This document shows positions 36,236 through 47,104 of a stretch of DNA of 64,000 nucleotides, piece by piece (the first letter of the stretch is position 1; each line of letters opens with the position of its first letter). Position numbers and translations under genes: made by a program. A model generated the notes under the pieces. It was given only the letters and a program-made list of their open reading frames with translations, was not told the origin of the DNA and made no database searches. The stretch comes from an uncultured archaeon. Lineage in GTDB: Archaea > Aenigmatarchaeota > Aenigmatarchaeia > GW2011-AR5. The stretch lies in NCBI GenBank assembly GCA_964373695.1, contig CAYJVT010000001.1, positions 2,373 through 66,372 on the forward strand, in the 5' to 3' direction.

Positions 36236-37993
36236 TTATTTCTTTTCTATCACGTAATTCCCCATTGCAAGGTACCTGAGGCCGCTTCTCTCAAGGGTGC
36301 TGAAAGCGTCGTGCGGCGTGCATACGATGGGCTCGCCGTGCAGGTTGAATGAGGTGTTCAGTATGCCGCCGTGACCCGTCTCCTTCTTGAAGGTTTTTAT
36401 CAGTGCATGGTAGCGGGGATTCCATTCCCTGTCAACCACCTGCGGTCTTGCGGTGAAGTCTGACTGGTGCAGGGCAGCGCGCAACGCGTCCCTGCCGAGA
36501 GGCGTCGTATTGAAGGACAGTATCATATACTGGTCATTGGCGGACTTTCTGGGCATCTCAAGGAGCTTCCTCGCGTCCTCCCTCATTATGGAAGGCGCGA
36601 AAGGCATCCAGAAATCGCGCTGCTTTATCTGGGAGTTTATCTCAGTTATTGCGCGCATGTCCCGCGGGTCCGCTAGTATGCTTCTGTTGCCGAGGGAGCG
36701 GGCGCCGAACTCCATCCTGCCGCTAAGGCGGGCAACTATTCGCCCTTCTGACAGCATCTCGCCGACAGCCTTGTCTATGTCCCTGTGGCTCTCTATCCTG
36801 TACTTCTTCCTGTCTATCCCCTTCACGAATTCATCTATTTTGTCGTCGTAGGAGGGTCCTAAATATATGTCCTTTATCTCTTCGAATATTGGTTTGGAGC
36901 CGTCTTCCTTGCACAAGTCCGCGTATCCAAGCATCGCGGCTCCGATGCAGCTGCTCTCGTCTCCGCCCGAAGGCATCGCGAAAATGCTGCCGACCTCAGG
37001 CATCTCCATAAGGCGCTGGTTGCATTTGACGTTCATGAAGAACCCGCCGCATACCATTATATCGTCTATTCCGTAGCGGCTTATGCAGTTCCTGACCCAT
37101 CCAGCCGTCACTTTTTCGGCCATGTTCTGCAACGCATATGCGACGGCGTCGAATCTGTGCTTGTGCAGGCTGTCCCTGAGGTAGAGGCCGTATGAATGCG
37201 CCCACCTCTTCGTCCTGTTCCTGAATTTGACCCCTCTGACATCAGCCATGCGCTCGAACACATCGACGGATTTCCTGGCGTAATGTTCTGATGAATATGG
37301 AGCAAGGCCCATAACCTTGTACTCATGCTCCCATGGCTTCATCCCAAGGTACCATGTCACCTCGTTGTACATCTTCGCTATGGAATGTACGAAGGGTATC
37401 GAAACCGTGCGGTGGATGTCTCCGTTCTCCGCTATGCTGACCGTTGCGCACAGGCCGTCGCCCTCTCCGTCGGATGTGAATACAAGCCTCCTGCCCTTTG
37501 GCGTGCCCTTGAAATAATAAGCGGTCGCCGCATGGACCTTGTGATGCTCATACATGACTATCGGCGCGGTTATCCCGATCTGCCTGAGGGCTTTCATGTA
37601 CGCAGGGAGGAATTTTCTTGTCTTGTAGAAGCGCCTGAACCTCGTCGCGGCCGGGCACAATATGCTCTCCGTCACTTTCATGGGAAATATCCTCGCAGCA
37701 TGGGAGAACGCGACTATGGATTTCCTTTTCTCCTTCCTCATCTTCGCTATCTCGTTCAGGTCGGCGGGGGTTATATCCTTCGAGCTGAAGGCGACGAGGT
37801 TTATCTGTTCGCCGTTTATTCCCTCATCGGACATCATTTTTTGTATGGAATTTATGGGAAACCTGTGGTCGTTCTTTATCCTCGTCAGCCTCTCCTCTAT
37901 TATGCAGGAAACTGTGCGCCCGTTTACCATGATACACGCTGAAGAGGGGTGGCTGTCATTGATTCCAAGAACTATCCTGTCTGTCATTTTCAT
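36236..37993 (-). CDS. NodU/CmcH-family O-carbamoyltransferase
   Basis: EERLTRIK, EHHKVHA, DGEGD, EYKVMGLAPY, GGFFMNVKCN, EFGARSLGNRSIL, RDFWMPFAPS, LNTSFNLHGEP. Confidence 0.93.
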   Translation of the reverse strand: MKMTDRIVLGINDSHPSSACIMVNGRTVSCIIEERLTRIKNDHRFPINSIQKMMSDEGINGEQINLVAFSSKDITPADLNEIAKMRKEKRKSIVAFSHAARIFPMKVTESILCPAATRFRRFYKTRKFLPAYMKALRQIGITAPIVMYEHHKVHAATAYYFKGTPKGRRLVFTSDGEGDGLCATVSIAENGDIHRTVSIPFVHSIAKMYNEVTWYLGMKPWEHEYKVMGLAPYSSEHYARKSVDVFERMADVRGVKFRNRTKRWAHSYGLYLRDSLHKHRFDAVAYALQNMAEKVTAGWVRNCISRYGIDDIMVCGGFFMNVKCNQRLMEMPEVGSIFAMPSGGDESSCIGAAMLGYADLCKEDGSKPIFEEIKDIYLGPSYDDKIDEFVKGIDRKKYRIESHRDIDKAVGEMLSEGRIVARLSGRMEFGARSLGNRSILADPRDMRAITEINSQIKQRDFWMPFAPSIMREDARKLLEMPRKSANDQYMILSFNTTPLGRDALRAALHQSDFTARPQVVDREWNPRYHALIKTFKKETGHGGILNTSFNLHGEPIVCTPHDAFSTLERSGLRYLAMGNYVIEKK

Positions 37994-38085
37994 AATCTTT
38001 GTGAAAGCCTTTTTAAAAACTGATTTTGATATTCAAAATAATGTCCTAATGTAGTATTTTAAACGTGTAACCCATATGCAGTTCA

Positions 38086-39774
38086 ATGAAAAAATACGCG
38101 CTGGCGGCGGCGCTTTGCCTCCTGATTGCCTCGATGGTGCAGTATGCCCTCTTCTTCGGGCTCCATCCCGAAGGTCTGGTATTCAACTCGCTTGGCGAGG
38201 ACGAGGCCCTGTTCGTCACTGCCATAAAGCTGTCTGAGTTCGGCTACGAAAGCCCGTGGACCTTGGAAAGCGACGGCGTTGTCAGGCTTGCGTTCCTGAA
38301 CCCGGCTAACGGCCCGGTTTTCATGCTGTTCCCTATATCCGTTTTTTACGCCGCTTCCGGCATAAGTGCCTTGGGGCTATTTGCGCTCTTCAAGCTCTTT
38401 TCGGCGGCGTTGATGCTCGCAGCCATATACCTGCTTGTCAGGCATTTCGATTTCAAATCAAGGTATAGGATTTTTATCCTACTCGTGCTTTCTGCAGGGT
38501 TCGGCGGATTAATCCATCTCGTGTCATCCTTCTTTTACCCGGACCGCCTTCTGTACCCACAGTCGCTTTTCGGATTCGGCGTCAGCATCTTCCGCTTTGT
38601 GGAATCCTATCAGGCGTTCTCGCTTGCCCTGGGGCTCATGTCCCTGTTATTTTTCGTGAAAAAAAGGATTCTTCTATCGTCAGCGTTCCTCGGATTTACG
38701 GTTCTCGTGTATCCTTTTCACGGCATATCGTTCTTCATAGTAATGGCCATTTATTGCCGCGTCTTTTCGCTTGGAGCGTCTCATATATCAAAGGTGTTCG
38801 CGGCCCTGCTGGCCTTTTCGTCTGTATGGGCATTTTCATACTTTTTCCAGCCGGTTCTGTTTGACAACTATGCAAATGCGGTAGGCACGGTGAGCGTCAA
38901 CGTCCTGCCTTCCGTTCTCCTGGGACTGGGGCCTCTGTTCATATTTCTCCTGTACGACATGAAGAAAAGGTTTCCGTTTGTTTCTGAAAGGAGGCATTTG
39001 GCGTTCTTTCTTGCATCCTTCGCGCTCATGTCGTACTACCAGATATCAAGCTCGGTGTGGGCGCCGCCTCTTCCCTCTAATCCACTGTTCGTCATTTTCA
39101 GCGTGCCATTCCTCGCCTTTCTTGGATATCTTGCAAAGAAGATGCTGGAAAGCGGGCATGAAAAGCGCATTGTTTTCATGTATGCGTGGTTCGTTGTATT
39201 CCTCTTCATTGTGGTGTTTCCAGTCAAGATATTCTCGGTTCTGCCGCCGAAGGTGACGGTGTTCCTTTATTTTCCGCTTGCTTTCCTGGCTTACGAGGGG
39301 ATGAAGAAATCCGGTAAAGTCTTTATTGCCGTTGTAGCGGTTTCTGCACTGTCAATATTCTTCTTCTATTCGTTCGAGCAGATGGACGCCAGGGATATCT
39401 ACGATAACGGCACCATTAAGGAGCAGAACTTCTTTTACACTGAACCAGACATAAAGGCTCTTGGTTTCCTGAAGGGCATGCCGGCCGGGAATGCGATATC
39501 ATCTCAGGCCATAGGAACTTACCTGCCGTATTATTCAGGGAAGAAATCCCTTCTGTTCGGCACCAACAGGGGCGATATAGTCCTTAATGTGGGCGAAAAG
39601 CTTTCGGATTACAGGAAGTTTTATTCGTCTCCGGACAGAAGCGTTCTTGAAAAGTACGGCATCAGGTACGTGTTTTACGGGACTTTTGAAAAACGCCTGG
39701 GAGATTTAGGAAGCCCCGATTATCTCAGAAAGGTGTACAGCGACGGCACCGAGATATACGAATTCATCCCATGA
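38086..39774 (+). CDS. Polytopic membrane protein, GT-C-like
   Basis: More than 10 TM segments plus a C-terminal soluble domain (ALGFLK..YLPYYSGK..IRYVFYG). Located in the glycan locus. Confidence 0.65.
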   Translation: MKKYALAAALCLLIASMVQYALFFGLHPEGLVFNSLGEDEALFVTAIKLSEFGYESPWTLESDGVVRLAFLNPANGPVFMLFPISVFYAASGISALGLFALFKLFSAALMLAAIYLLVRHFDFKSRYRIFILLVLSAGFGGLIHLVSSFFYPDRLLYPQSLFGFGVSIFRFVESYQAFSLALGLMSLLFFVKKRILLSSAFLGFTVLVYPFHGISFFIVMAIYCRVFSLGASHISKVFAALLAFSSVWAFSYFFQPVLFDNYANAVGTVSVNVLPSVLLGLGPLFIFLLYDMKKRFPFVSERRHLAFFLASFALMSYYQISSSVWAPPLPSNPLFVIFSVPFLAFLGYLAKKMLESGHEKRIVFMYAWFVVFLFIVVFPVKIFSVLPPKVTVFLYFPLAFLAYEGMKKSGKVFIAVVAVSALSIFFFYSFEQMDARDIYDNGTIKEQNFFYTEPDIKALGFLKGMPAGNAISSQAIGTYLPYYSGKKSLLFGTNRGDIVLNVGEKLSDYRKFYSSPDRSVLEKYGIRYVFYGTFEKRLGDLGSPDYLRKVYSDGTEIYEFIP

Positions 39775-40489
39775 GCCTGATGGCCATGAGCCTTAGCGCC
39801 ATGCGCGGGCCGGACTTTATCCTGAAAGTGGAGAATTCGCTGTGGGACCACTTTACAGGGAATTCTATTATGTTTCCTCCGCTCTTTTTTATTCTCCACA
39901 GCATCTCGGCGTCGAACTCGAATCCGCCGGATTTCATGCTGGCCAGGCATGATAACATTTTCCTCGTCATGACCTTGGCGCCGCATTGGGTGTCCGTAAT
40001 CCCTAGGCCGAAGAGAATGTTGACGTAATGGCTGAAGACATTGCCGAGAAGCCGCCTGTAGGCCGGCTGTTTTTTCGTCACGAATGATTTTTCCATGTTG
40101 CGGGAGCCTATTACAATGCAGTCCGCGCTTTTCCGGCAAGTCTCCATCATGGAACGGAAATTGCCGGGCCCGACGGAGCCGTCGGCATCCGTAAAGCCTA
40201 TTATATCTCCGCTGGCATGCCTTAGCCCTTCCATCACCGCCCTTCCCTTTCCGAGCCGGTTTCCGGACTCGATGATTCTCACGTCCTTATGAGCCTTCAT
40301 GAAGCTTTTCGTGATGGAAGCCGTCGTGTCGCTTCCGTCGCATACCACTATAATCTCAAACTTCATCCCTGACTTCTTGAAGTGCCTGAAATAAGACTCC
40401 AGCGTTCCTTCTATCCTCTTCTCCTCGTTGTAGGCCGGTATCACGATGGAATACGAATTCTTCATGGCATCATCTTCTGTAAACGTCAA
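39764..40489 (-). CDS. GT2 dolichyl-phosphate glycosyltransferase (ALG5/AglJ-like)
   Basis: VIPAYNEE, GKGRAV, FTDADGS, DTQCGAK, FDAEML. Confidence 0.88.
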   Translation of the reverse strand: MTFTEDDAMKNSYSIVIPAYNEEKRIEGTLESYFRHFKKSGMKFEIIVVCDGSDTTASITKSFMKAHKDVRIIESGNRLGKGRAVMEGLRHASGDIIGFTDADGSVGPGNFRSMMETCRKSADCIVIGSRNMEKSFVTKKQPAYRRLLGNVFSHYVNILFGLGITDTQCGAKVMTRKMLSCLASMKSGGFEFDAEMLWRIKKSGGNIIEFPVKWSHSEFSTFRIKSGPRMALRLMAIRLMG

Positions 40490-42203
40490 ACTTTCCGTTC
40501 CCCCACACTTTGTCGCCCGAAGCCGCCGCTCCGGCGCTTCTTTCGTAGGGGCCTATAAGTACGTAGTCTGCTCTGTATTTTTCCCGGTTGGCTGCGTCCT
40601 CCAAATACCTCCTGTAGTTTTCCAGTATGTCAGCTTTCTTGGATTCGGGTATTCCGCTTCCGTACTCGAGGGAAAAGAGGTAGAGGTCCCAGAATGCTAT
40701 TTCGAAGGACGATTTATTGAACGTATTGGTTCTGTGGTCTATTATATAGGAATTTCTTGTCTCTTCGTTGTTTATCATTCCACTGACATGGGATTCGTTG
40801 ATGCCCAGCATCGAGTATGATATGTAGAATCTCTCCCATATCTCATCCGTCGTTGCAAGGGAATACGGGCCGTAAGGAAGGTATACGTTGTTATGGGTGT
40901 AGAGCGGTATGAGATAGCTCTGCTCCGTGCTCAACGTCAGCACGACATCGTCCTTTTCCGTATTTTCATCGAGCCACTCGTAGAGCTCTTTGTCGCTGTC
41001 GTCTATGGCGTAGAGGCTGTGCTTTTTGTCGGCAAATGAATACTGCGAGTAGAATCCTATCGAGAAGAGAAATATGAACAGAATAGCGCCTATCTTCCTC
41101 ATATCAAAGCGCTTTTCCGCGGCCTGCCACAGCGCGTAAATCATCATGATGGAGGCGAATGGCGCCATTGCAAACTCGTAGTGGCTTTTCTGTATCGAGA
41201 ATCCCGTGATTATCTGGGAGTTCATGAGGAAAATTCCGGAAATTATTATGGAGCCCATGAGGAGGGAAAAATAGTCTTTTTTTGAAAACGCGTAGAAAAT
41301 GGCGATGATAACCGCATATTTTGCCGTCTCTGCTATAGGAAGAGGGGACGAATAAGTTTTTCCGTTCCTTGTCGATATGTCCTCCAGAAAGCTCTTGTCG
41401 AAGGACGTATAGGACAACCAGAAAGGCAGCGAAACCGCGGCGAATACCGCGAGTATGATAACAACGTGCTTCAGAATCCCGGGATTTTTCTTTGCCGCAA
41501 AATAGATGGTATGGAGCGCGAGAACGCCTGCGAATATCGTCCAGTAGAAAAAATACGTATAGAACAGGAGTCCTGAAACGAGCCCGCATAGGATAGAATA
41601 AAATGCCTTTCTTTTTTTCATGGAAATGTAGAGGAGGAATACGGAAATGGCGAGAAAGATGAAAGTCATCTGTATGTGCGGTATCCTGCCGAAATAATTA
41701 AGAGGCCCGGATGCGTCCAGTATGTTTGTCGCGTGATAGGATATGTTGCGCAATGTGACAGGCGGCGTCACAATATAATCAAAGGCTATCAGCATGAAAA
41801 CCGGCGCCAGGATGCTCAGATGAAGGTTTCCGGTCTGCCTGTAGATGAGCATGTAGATTATGAGAAATATTATGACTGGGAAGATGAAATTGCCGGCCGC
41901 GAAGGCGCCGGAAACCGAGCCTGAAAGAAGCGACATCGCTGCCAGTAGAGCCGTCGGAACGAGCGGCACGAAGGGGTTTATTTTGCCCTTGTATTCGTAA
42001 ACGGTCGGGTCTCCTGGTATGTTGCCCTCGTAAAAATCCCTCGCAAGGGATGCGTACGTAGTCTGGTCCCTGGAATACGCAAAAACGCCGTTGACGGCAA
42101 GCTGTGTGTAGCTGTCATCCCCTCTGAAGAGGGGCATCAGGATATTGGCTGTGGAAAAATAGATGCCGCAAAGAAGCGCCGCGGCCAGCACTATCTTTTT
42201 CAT
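40470..42203 (-). CDS. Polytopic membrane protein, GT-C-like
   Basis: N-terminal loop RDQTTYA, many TM segments, C-terminal WLDENTEKDDVVL..DYVLIG. Confidence 0.65.
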   Translation of the reverse strand: MKKIVLAAALLCGIYFSTANILMPLFRGDDSYTQLAVNGVFAYSRDQTTYASLARDFYEGNIPGDPTVYEYKGKINPFVPLVPTALLAAMSLLSGSVSGAFAAGNFIFPVIIFLIIYMLIYRQTGNLHLSILAPVFMLIAFDYIVTPPVTLRNISYHATNILDASGPLNYFGRIPHIQMTFIFLAISVFLLYISMKKRKAFYSILCGLVSGLLFYTYFFYWTIFAGVLALHTIYFAAKKNPGILKHVVIILAVFAAVSLPFWLSYTSFDKSFLEDISTRNGKTYSSPLPIAETAKYAVIIAIFYAFSKKDYFSLLMGSIIISGIFLMNSQIITGFSIQKSHYEFAMAPFASIMMIYALWQAAEKRFDMRKIGAILFIFLFSIGFYSQYSFADKKHSLYAIDDSDKELYEWLDENTEKDDVVLTLSTEQSYLIPLYTHNNVYLPYGPYSLATTDEIWERFYISYSMLGINESHVSGMINNEETRNSYIIDHRTNTFNKSSFEIAFWDLYLFSLEYGSGIPESKKADILENYRRYLEDAANREKYRADYVLIGPYERSAGAAASGDKVWGNGKFDVYRR

Positions 42204-42295
42204 GAGTTTAATGTTGCAATGAGCTTTTTATACTGTGAAGCCGTCTTTGCAATATACTTTTAAATACTATTAAAATTAATAAAAATTCAGGTACC

Positions 42296-43759
42296 ATGTC
42301 GGAAATTCTTCTCATCCAGCCAAATATAGGCATACACGATTTCCTAGCCACCAGATTCCCCGACCCTCTGCTCGCAATAGCCTCGGTGCCGCATATGAGG
42401 GGTTACAAGGTCAAGATACTTGACCAGAGGATAGAAAAAAACTTCAAGCATCTTCTGGAGCAGGAAATCGGAAAAAAGCCGCTGTGCATCGCCCTGCCTG
42501 TTATGACTGGCGGCCAGATACTCCGCGCCCTTGAGATATCGAAATTCATCAGAAGCATCGACAAAGACATAAAAATAGTCTGGGGCGGGCCGCATCCGAC
42601 ATTATTCCCTGTCCAGGTCTTGGAAAATGAAAATGTGGACATAATCGTGTCGGGCGAGGGCGAAATAACGTTTTTCGAGCTTGTCGAGGCTCTTTCAAAA
42701 GGCGCTCCTCTTTCAGGCATAAAAGGGATATCGTATAAGGAGGACAGCAGCATAAAAACGAATCCGGAAAGGGAGCTTATCAAAAATCTTGATGAGCTGC
42801 CGCCTATTCCATACGACCTGATAGACGCAAGCAAATATAATCCGACATACATATCAGGAAGGAAAGCCTTCACGCTCCTGACATCGAGGGGATGTCCATA
42901 TCGATGCACGTTCTGCTTCGCTACTGCATACTACAACTTCACATGGCGCGGCTATTCCGTGGACAGGACGATGGAAATGATACATGAAGCTGTCAACAAA
43001 TTCGGCGCGCAGACAATACTGTTCCAGGAAGACAACTTCGCGACCAGCATACCGAGATGCAACGAGATATTTGACAGGATTATAGCGGACGGCCTCGACA
43101 TTACGTTCAGCCTGGTGGGTATACGCGCCACCGATGTCGCAAGGATGGACCTGGACAAGATGTACAAGGCCGGGTGCAGGAACTGCGACATGGGCGTCGA
43201 ATCAGGGGACCCTGAAGTGATGAAAACCATGATAAAGGCCCTGACGCCGGAACTCGTCCTGGACGTGAACAGGAAGATAAGGGATTACGGCATAAAGGTG
43301 AAATATTCCTTCATAGCCGGCCTCCCGATGGAGAAGGACCCGAAGATATCGATAAACTTCGCATTCAAGCTCATAAAGGAGAACAAGAACGCGTATACGC
43401 CGTTCTTCCCCTACACGCCTTTTCCGGGCACTGAAATGTACCATGCCGCGATAGAAAAAGGCTTTGTGCCGCCAACAACGCTCGAAGGCTGGGGCAATTT
43501 TGACCTGGAGCACTGGAGGGACCACTATCCCAGCTGGTACACAGAAGAGGAGAAGCGATGGATAGAGGGCATAGAAAGGATGTCGGTCCTAGGGAACCGC
43601 AACTCGAAATACAAGATATCAAACAAGACTTTCAGGTTTTTCTTCGACCTGTACCACCCGATTGCCAAGTTCAGGTTCATGAGGAACTACTACGGGATGC
43701 CGCTTGACATAAAGATGCAGAACAAGGTCATGAATATGGTAGTCAAGACGCTTGATTAA
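42296..43759 (+). CDS. B12-binding radical SAM enzyme
   Basis: WGGPHPT, GEGE, TSRGCPYRCTFC, EDNF, GVESG, FIAGLP. Confidence 0.92.
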   Translation: MSEILLIQPNIGIHDFLATRFPDPLLAIASVPHMRGYKVKILDQRIEKNFKHLLEQEIGKKPLCIALPVMTGGQILRALEISKFIRSIDKDIKIVWGGPHPTLFPVQVLENENVDIIVSGEGEITFFELVEALSKGAPLSGIKGISYKEDSSIKTNPERELIKNLDELPPIPYDLIDASKYNPTYISGRKAFTLLTSRGCPYRCTFCFATAYYNFTWRGYSVDRTMEMIHEAVNKFGAQTILFQEDNFATSIPRCNEIFDRIIADGLDITFSLVGIRATDVARMDLDKMYKAGCRNCDMGVESGDPEVMKTMIKALTPELVLDVNRKIRDYGIKVKYSFIAGLPMEKDPKISINFAFKLIKENKNAYTPFFPYTPFPGTEMYHAAIEKGFVPPTTLEGWGNFDLEHWRDHYPSWYTEEEKRWIEGIERMSVLGNRNSKYKISNKTFRFFFDLYHPIAKFRFMRNYYGMPLDIKMQNKVMNMVVKTLD

Positions 43760-45591
43760 TCAATAACAACGAGCTGCTCGTTCACGGATTTTTTTGTCTC
43801 TTCAAGATTCGGATAAAGGCTGAACGCCTCGAACTTGTCTCTCCAGTATTCCGACTCGCTTAGATATTTCTCTACAAGCCGTATTCTTTCAGCCGCCCCG
43901 CCGACGTTGCCGGAATTAAACTCGCATGCGGCAAGCGTCATGTTTGCAAGCGCGTGGCCTGAAGTGACCACATCGCATATGTATCTCATCTGCCTGACGA
44001 TCTTAGACAGCCTATCACGATCTTTTATGTTCATGACCCTCTCGTAATTTATTTTATAATTCATGTAGAACCATATATCCATCAGCTGCTCCGAAGTCGG
44101 CTCCGCATCCAGGTTGCCGCTTTCGAATGGGTTGGCGAATTTTTTCACTTCCTTTTTGTGCTCGACGGTGTTCTGCTTCCCGTGGGGGCCTATCATGAAC
44201 CGCGTTTCATTCGTCTGGAGCTTGTCCTCTATCAGGCCCTCTTTCACCATCGCCTTGTATATCGGGGTAGAGGGCAGAGGCTGCAGTATGTTCAGTGCAT
44301 ACCAGTCCAAGTCCAGCTCAAGTGCAAGGTTCATGGTATCGAGCATCATTCTCAGCGTTTCATGGGGAAAGCCCAGCATGAGGAAGCCGCGGGAGAATAT
44401 CTTGGGATATTTCCTTAGAAGGGCCGCCGCATTCCTGAAATTGTCCACTGTCCCGGGCTTTTTTATGTCCAGAAGTATTTTCGGGTTTCCGGATTCGATG
44501 CCGAAGAAAAGCCCTATGCATCCCGATTCGGCCGTAGCCTCTATTATAGCAGGCTTGCACGCAGCAGCTATGACGCCGTTGGAGGCGTCCCATGTTATGC
44601 CGAGGTTGCGCCTTTTTATCTCCTGGAAAAGCTCTATTGTCCTCTTCTCGTTGAAGAAAAGGTCGTCGTCAAGCCACATTATATGCTTCACGCCGTATTT
44701 CCTGGCAAGGAGTTCTATCTCGTCCGCAACGCTTTCAATGCTTCTCTGCCTGACACCCATGCCATTGAAGCTGCGGACGCTGCAGAACGTGCACATCGCC
44801 CGGCATCCCTTGTTGGAAAGCACGGTCGCGACCCTGGTTCCTGGCTCAAGCAGCGCAGTGAAGGAGCCGATGGTGCCCACGGAAGAATAATTCGATATAT
44901 CGACAAGATCGTACGCCGGTATCCTGTTCAAATCATCCGTCTCCGGTGCCTTCCTTTCCTCCAGCGAATAATATTTGCCGCCTGCAATCACTGACACCTG
45001 ATAAATCTCATCCCCATGACCGTTCGCGGCCTCAAGAAGCTTCTGGAAAGCCACCTCGCTCTCGTAGGAGCATGCTATGAGCCTTTCGTAGTCTATTGAG
45101 CGCAGAACCCTTTCTGTGTCGTTAGACACGTGAACGCCTCCGACAATTATCGGCAGTTCCTTTCCGGCGACCTCGCTGCATACTCGCACAAAGCTGTCGT
45201 GCGTCATCGTGAACATGCATGTTATGCCGACCGCGTCAGGCCTGAATTCGTCAATCTTTCTGGCCAGAAGGCCTTTCCATTCGGCATCGTAATCCATCTT
45301 GCCCCCTGATTCCACGGCCCTCTTTATCACATGATAATTTAGGTCGACAATCTCGGGCTCGTGGCCATTCTCTCGCAAAACGTCGGCGAGAAGCAGCGGG
45401 CCATAAGGCGGATATGTATAACACCTTTTCTGCAATGCGGCCTCAAAGTTGAATTCCTCTGATGCGATGTCCGGCGGGTTGACGAGAAGCACCTTCCTAG
45501 CTTTTTTTCCGCCGAATATCTCGCGTATTCTCGCCAATATTGCCGCCTTCGCCTCCTGTCCCGGCTCGTGCTCTTTCAGAAGCTGCTCCAT
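43756..45591 (-). CDS. B12-binding radical SAM enzyme
   Basis: PPYGPLLLA, VGGVHVS, NKGCRAMCTFC, DDDL, GIESG, FMLGFPHET. Confidence 0.92.
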   Translation of the reverse strand: MEQLLKEHEPGQEAKAAILARIREIFGGKKARKVLLVNPPDIASEEFNFEAALQKRCYTYPPYGPLLLADVLRENGHEPEIVDLNYHVIKRAVESGGKMDYDAEWKGLLARKIDEFRPDAVGITCMFTMTHDSFVRVCSEVAGKELPIIVGGVHVSNDTERVLRSIDYERLIACSYESEVAFQKLLEAANGHGDEIYQVSVIAGGKYYSLEERKAPETDDLNRIPAYDLVDISNYSSVGTIGSFTALLEPGTRVATVLSNKGCRAMCTFCSVRSFNGMGVRQRSIESVADEIELLARKYGVKHIMWLDDDLFFNEKRTIELFQEIKRRNLGITWDASNGVIAAACKPAIIEATAESGCIGLFFGIESGNPKILLDIKKPGTVDNFRNAAALLRKYPKIFSRGFLMLGFPHETLRMMLDTMNLALELDLDWYALNILQPLPSTPIYKAMVKEGLIEDKLQTNETRFMIGPHGKQNTVEHKKEVKKFANPFESGNLDAEPTSEQLMDIWFYMNYKINYERVMNIKDRDRLSKIVRQMRYICDVVTSGHALANMTLAACEFNSGNVGGAAERIRLVEKYLSESEYWRDKFEAFSLYPNLEETKKSVNEQLVVID

Positions 45592-45690
45592 ACAAGAACT
45601 AGCATTTCACAGTTTTTAAAACTTGTAAAAGCAGTTCACGCCCTGCAGGTGGCTATGTTGCCTGCAAGACCGAAAGCGATGGAATTATCA

Positions 45691-46098
45691 TTACGCGCTC
45701 GGGATCAACGTTCTTTTCCTCAGGTCCCTTTGTAATCTGGGGCGCAGCAAGATGTCCCTGAATGCGTCACCGACAAGGTATGTTCTTGTCATGAACTCGT
45801 CCTCGCTTATGCCGAAATTTTCTCTCGCCGCCTCCCTGTGCATGACTTTGTCTGGAAATTTCTCGTCAGCGCCGAGCCAGAAATGAAGGTATTTGGCAAT
45901 TTTATGATATGTTACAACTCTGTCAAGATGCTCCTGCGGTATTCCTGTCGAGATGCATGCATGATTTCCGCCTTCTGCCATTCTCCTTAGGCATGCCTCG
46001 GCGTCGTCGTACAGGGGATATATTCTCGAAGTAACTCTTGATACGTATTTTCTTGCCAGTTCTTCCGCCCTTTCAGCCGGAAGACCAAACATTCCCAT
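45691..46098 (-). pseudogene. Truncated HAD-family hydrolase remnant
   Basis: Has ISTG (motif II), DK (III) and VGDAFRD (IV). No DxD motif I in the upstream in-frame sequence, and the C-terminus looks foreign. Confidence 0.55.
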
Positions 46099-46168
46099 GA
46101 TTTCCGCATACTGGTGCCCGGCAGGCTTTCCGCCTCCTTCTTTTAAGCTTATCTGCGATATGTGAAAA

Positions 46169-47104
46169 ATGCAAGCTGCAAGGATGGAAGACTATCTGTC
46201 TTCTTTGGGATTCAGAGACCTGACAATATATTTGGGCACTGCTGTCAGTATCGGAAGCCAATCGCTTTTGGACGCGAATAGGCATCTTTTTTCAGAGGAT
46301 TTTGAAATGAAACCTGACGGTTCGATGGTTGGCGTTCTTGACAAAACAAGCGATGTGGCCATTGCAGCATATCTTAATTCTACTCCTGCAACTGAAGCCT
46401 GCAGATTCAGGTCAGAGGAAGGGATGGAATTCAGGCAGCCGTCTGAATATGAATATGGGGCAATAATAGACCCTTTGGACGGAAGCATAAATCCACGAAT
46501 AGGCGGGACAAACTTGCACTACATCGGAGTGGGCGGGGCTATTCACCAAAAGCCCGATGATGAACAGGTTGCTGCGGCAGCCTGTCTGCCTTTTGATGAC
46601 GATGCCTTGTACGTGACGGAATGGGGAAAAGGAGTCTATAGAGTAACAAATACTGATGGAGATTTTCAGTCAAGAAAATTGACGGTACCTGAGAAGCCTG
46701 CCCAGACAAATACTTTTATACAGTCAGGATGGCGGACTCCTTACACAAGAAAGGCGGAGGAAGCGCTTCACAGAAGCGGATTTTACGAGGAACTTGACTT
46801 CAACGCAGGCGACACGGTGACTGCCGGTATCTTCCAGACAATTTCCGGTATAAGGGATTACAGACAGGTCGTGATTAATATCGCGGCTACGCATCAGGCG
46901 GATTTTTGCTATCTGTTCCTTAAGGAAACAGGTATGAATCCCATAGCAAACGACGGCAGACCGATACATTCACAGGCATGCGCTATGCTTTCCGTATCGC
47001 CATCATACAGCAAAGATGCAAGTAGGCTTAAAGGAAAATTTGTCGAAGCTTTGCATGATTACAGCGGCCATAACAACACCGGCATGCAGCGCGTCTGCGA
47101 CTAA
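46169..47104 (+). CDS. Divergent inositol-monophosphatase/FBPase (FIG) family protein
   Basis: IIDPLDGSIN metal motif. The C-terminal WD motif is not evident. AT-richer than the flanks. Confidence 0.6.
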   Translation: MQAARMEDYLSSLGFRDLTIYLGTAVSIGSQSLLDANRHLFSEDFEMKPDGSMVGVLDKTSDVAIAAYLNSTPATEACRFRSEEGMEFRQPSEYEYGAIIDPLDGSINPRIGGTNLHYIGVGGAIHQKPDDEQVAAAACLPFDDDALYVTEWGKGVYRVTNTDGDFQSRKLTVPEKPAQTNTFIQSGWRTPYTRKAEEALHRSGFYEELDFNAGDTVTAGIFQTISGIRDYRQVVINIAATHQADFCYLFLKETGMNPIANDGRPIHSQACAMLSVSPSYSKDASRLKGKFVEALHDYSGHNNTGMQRVCD

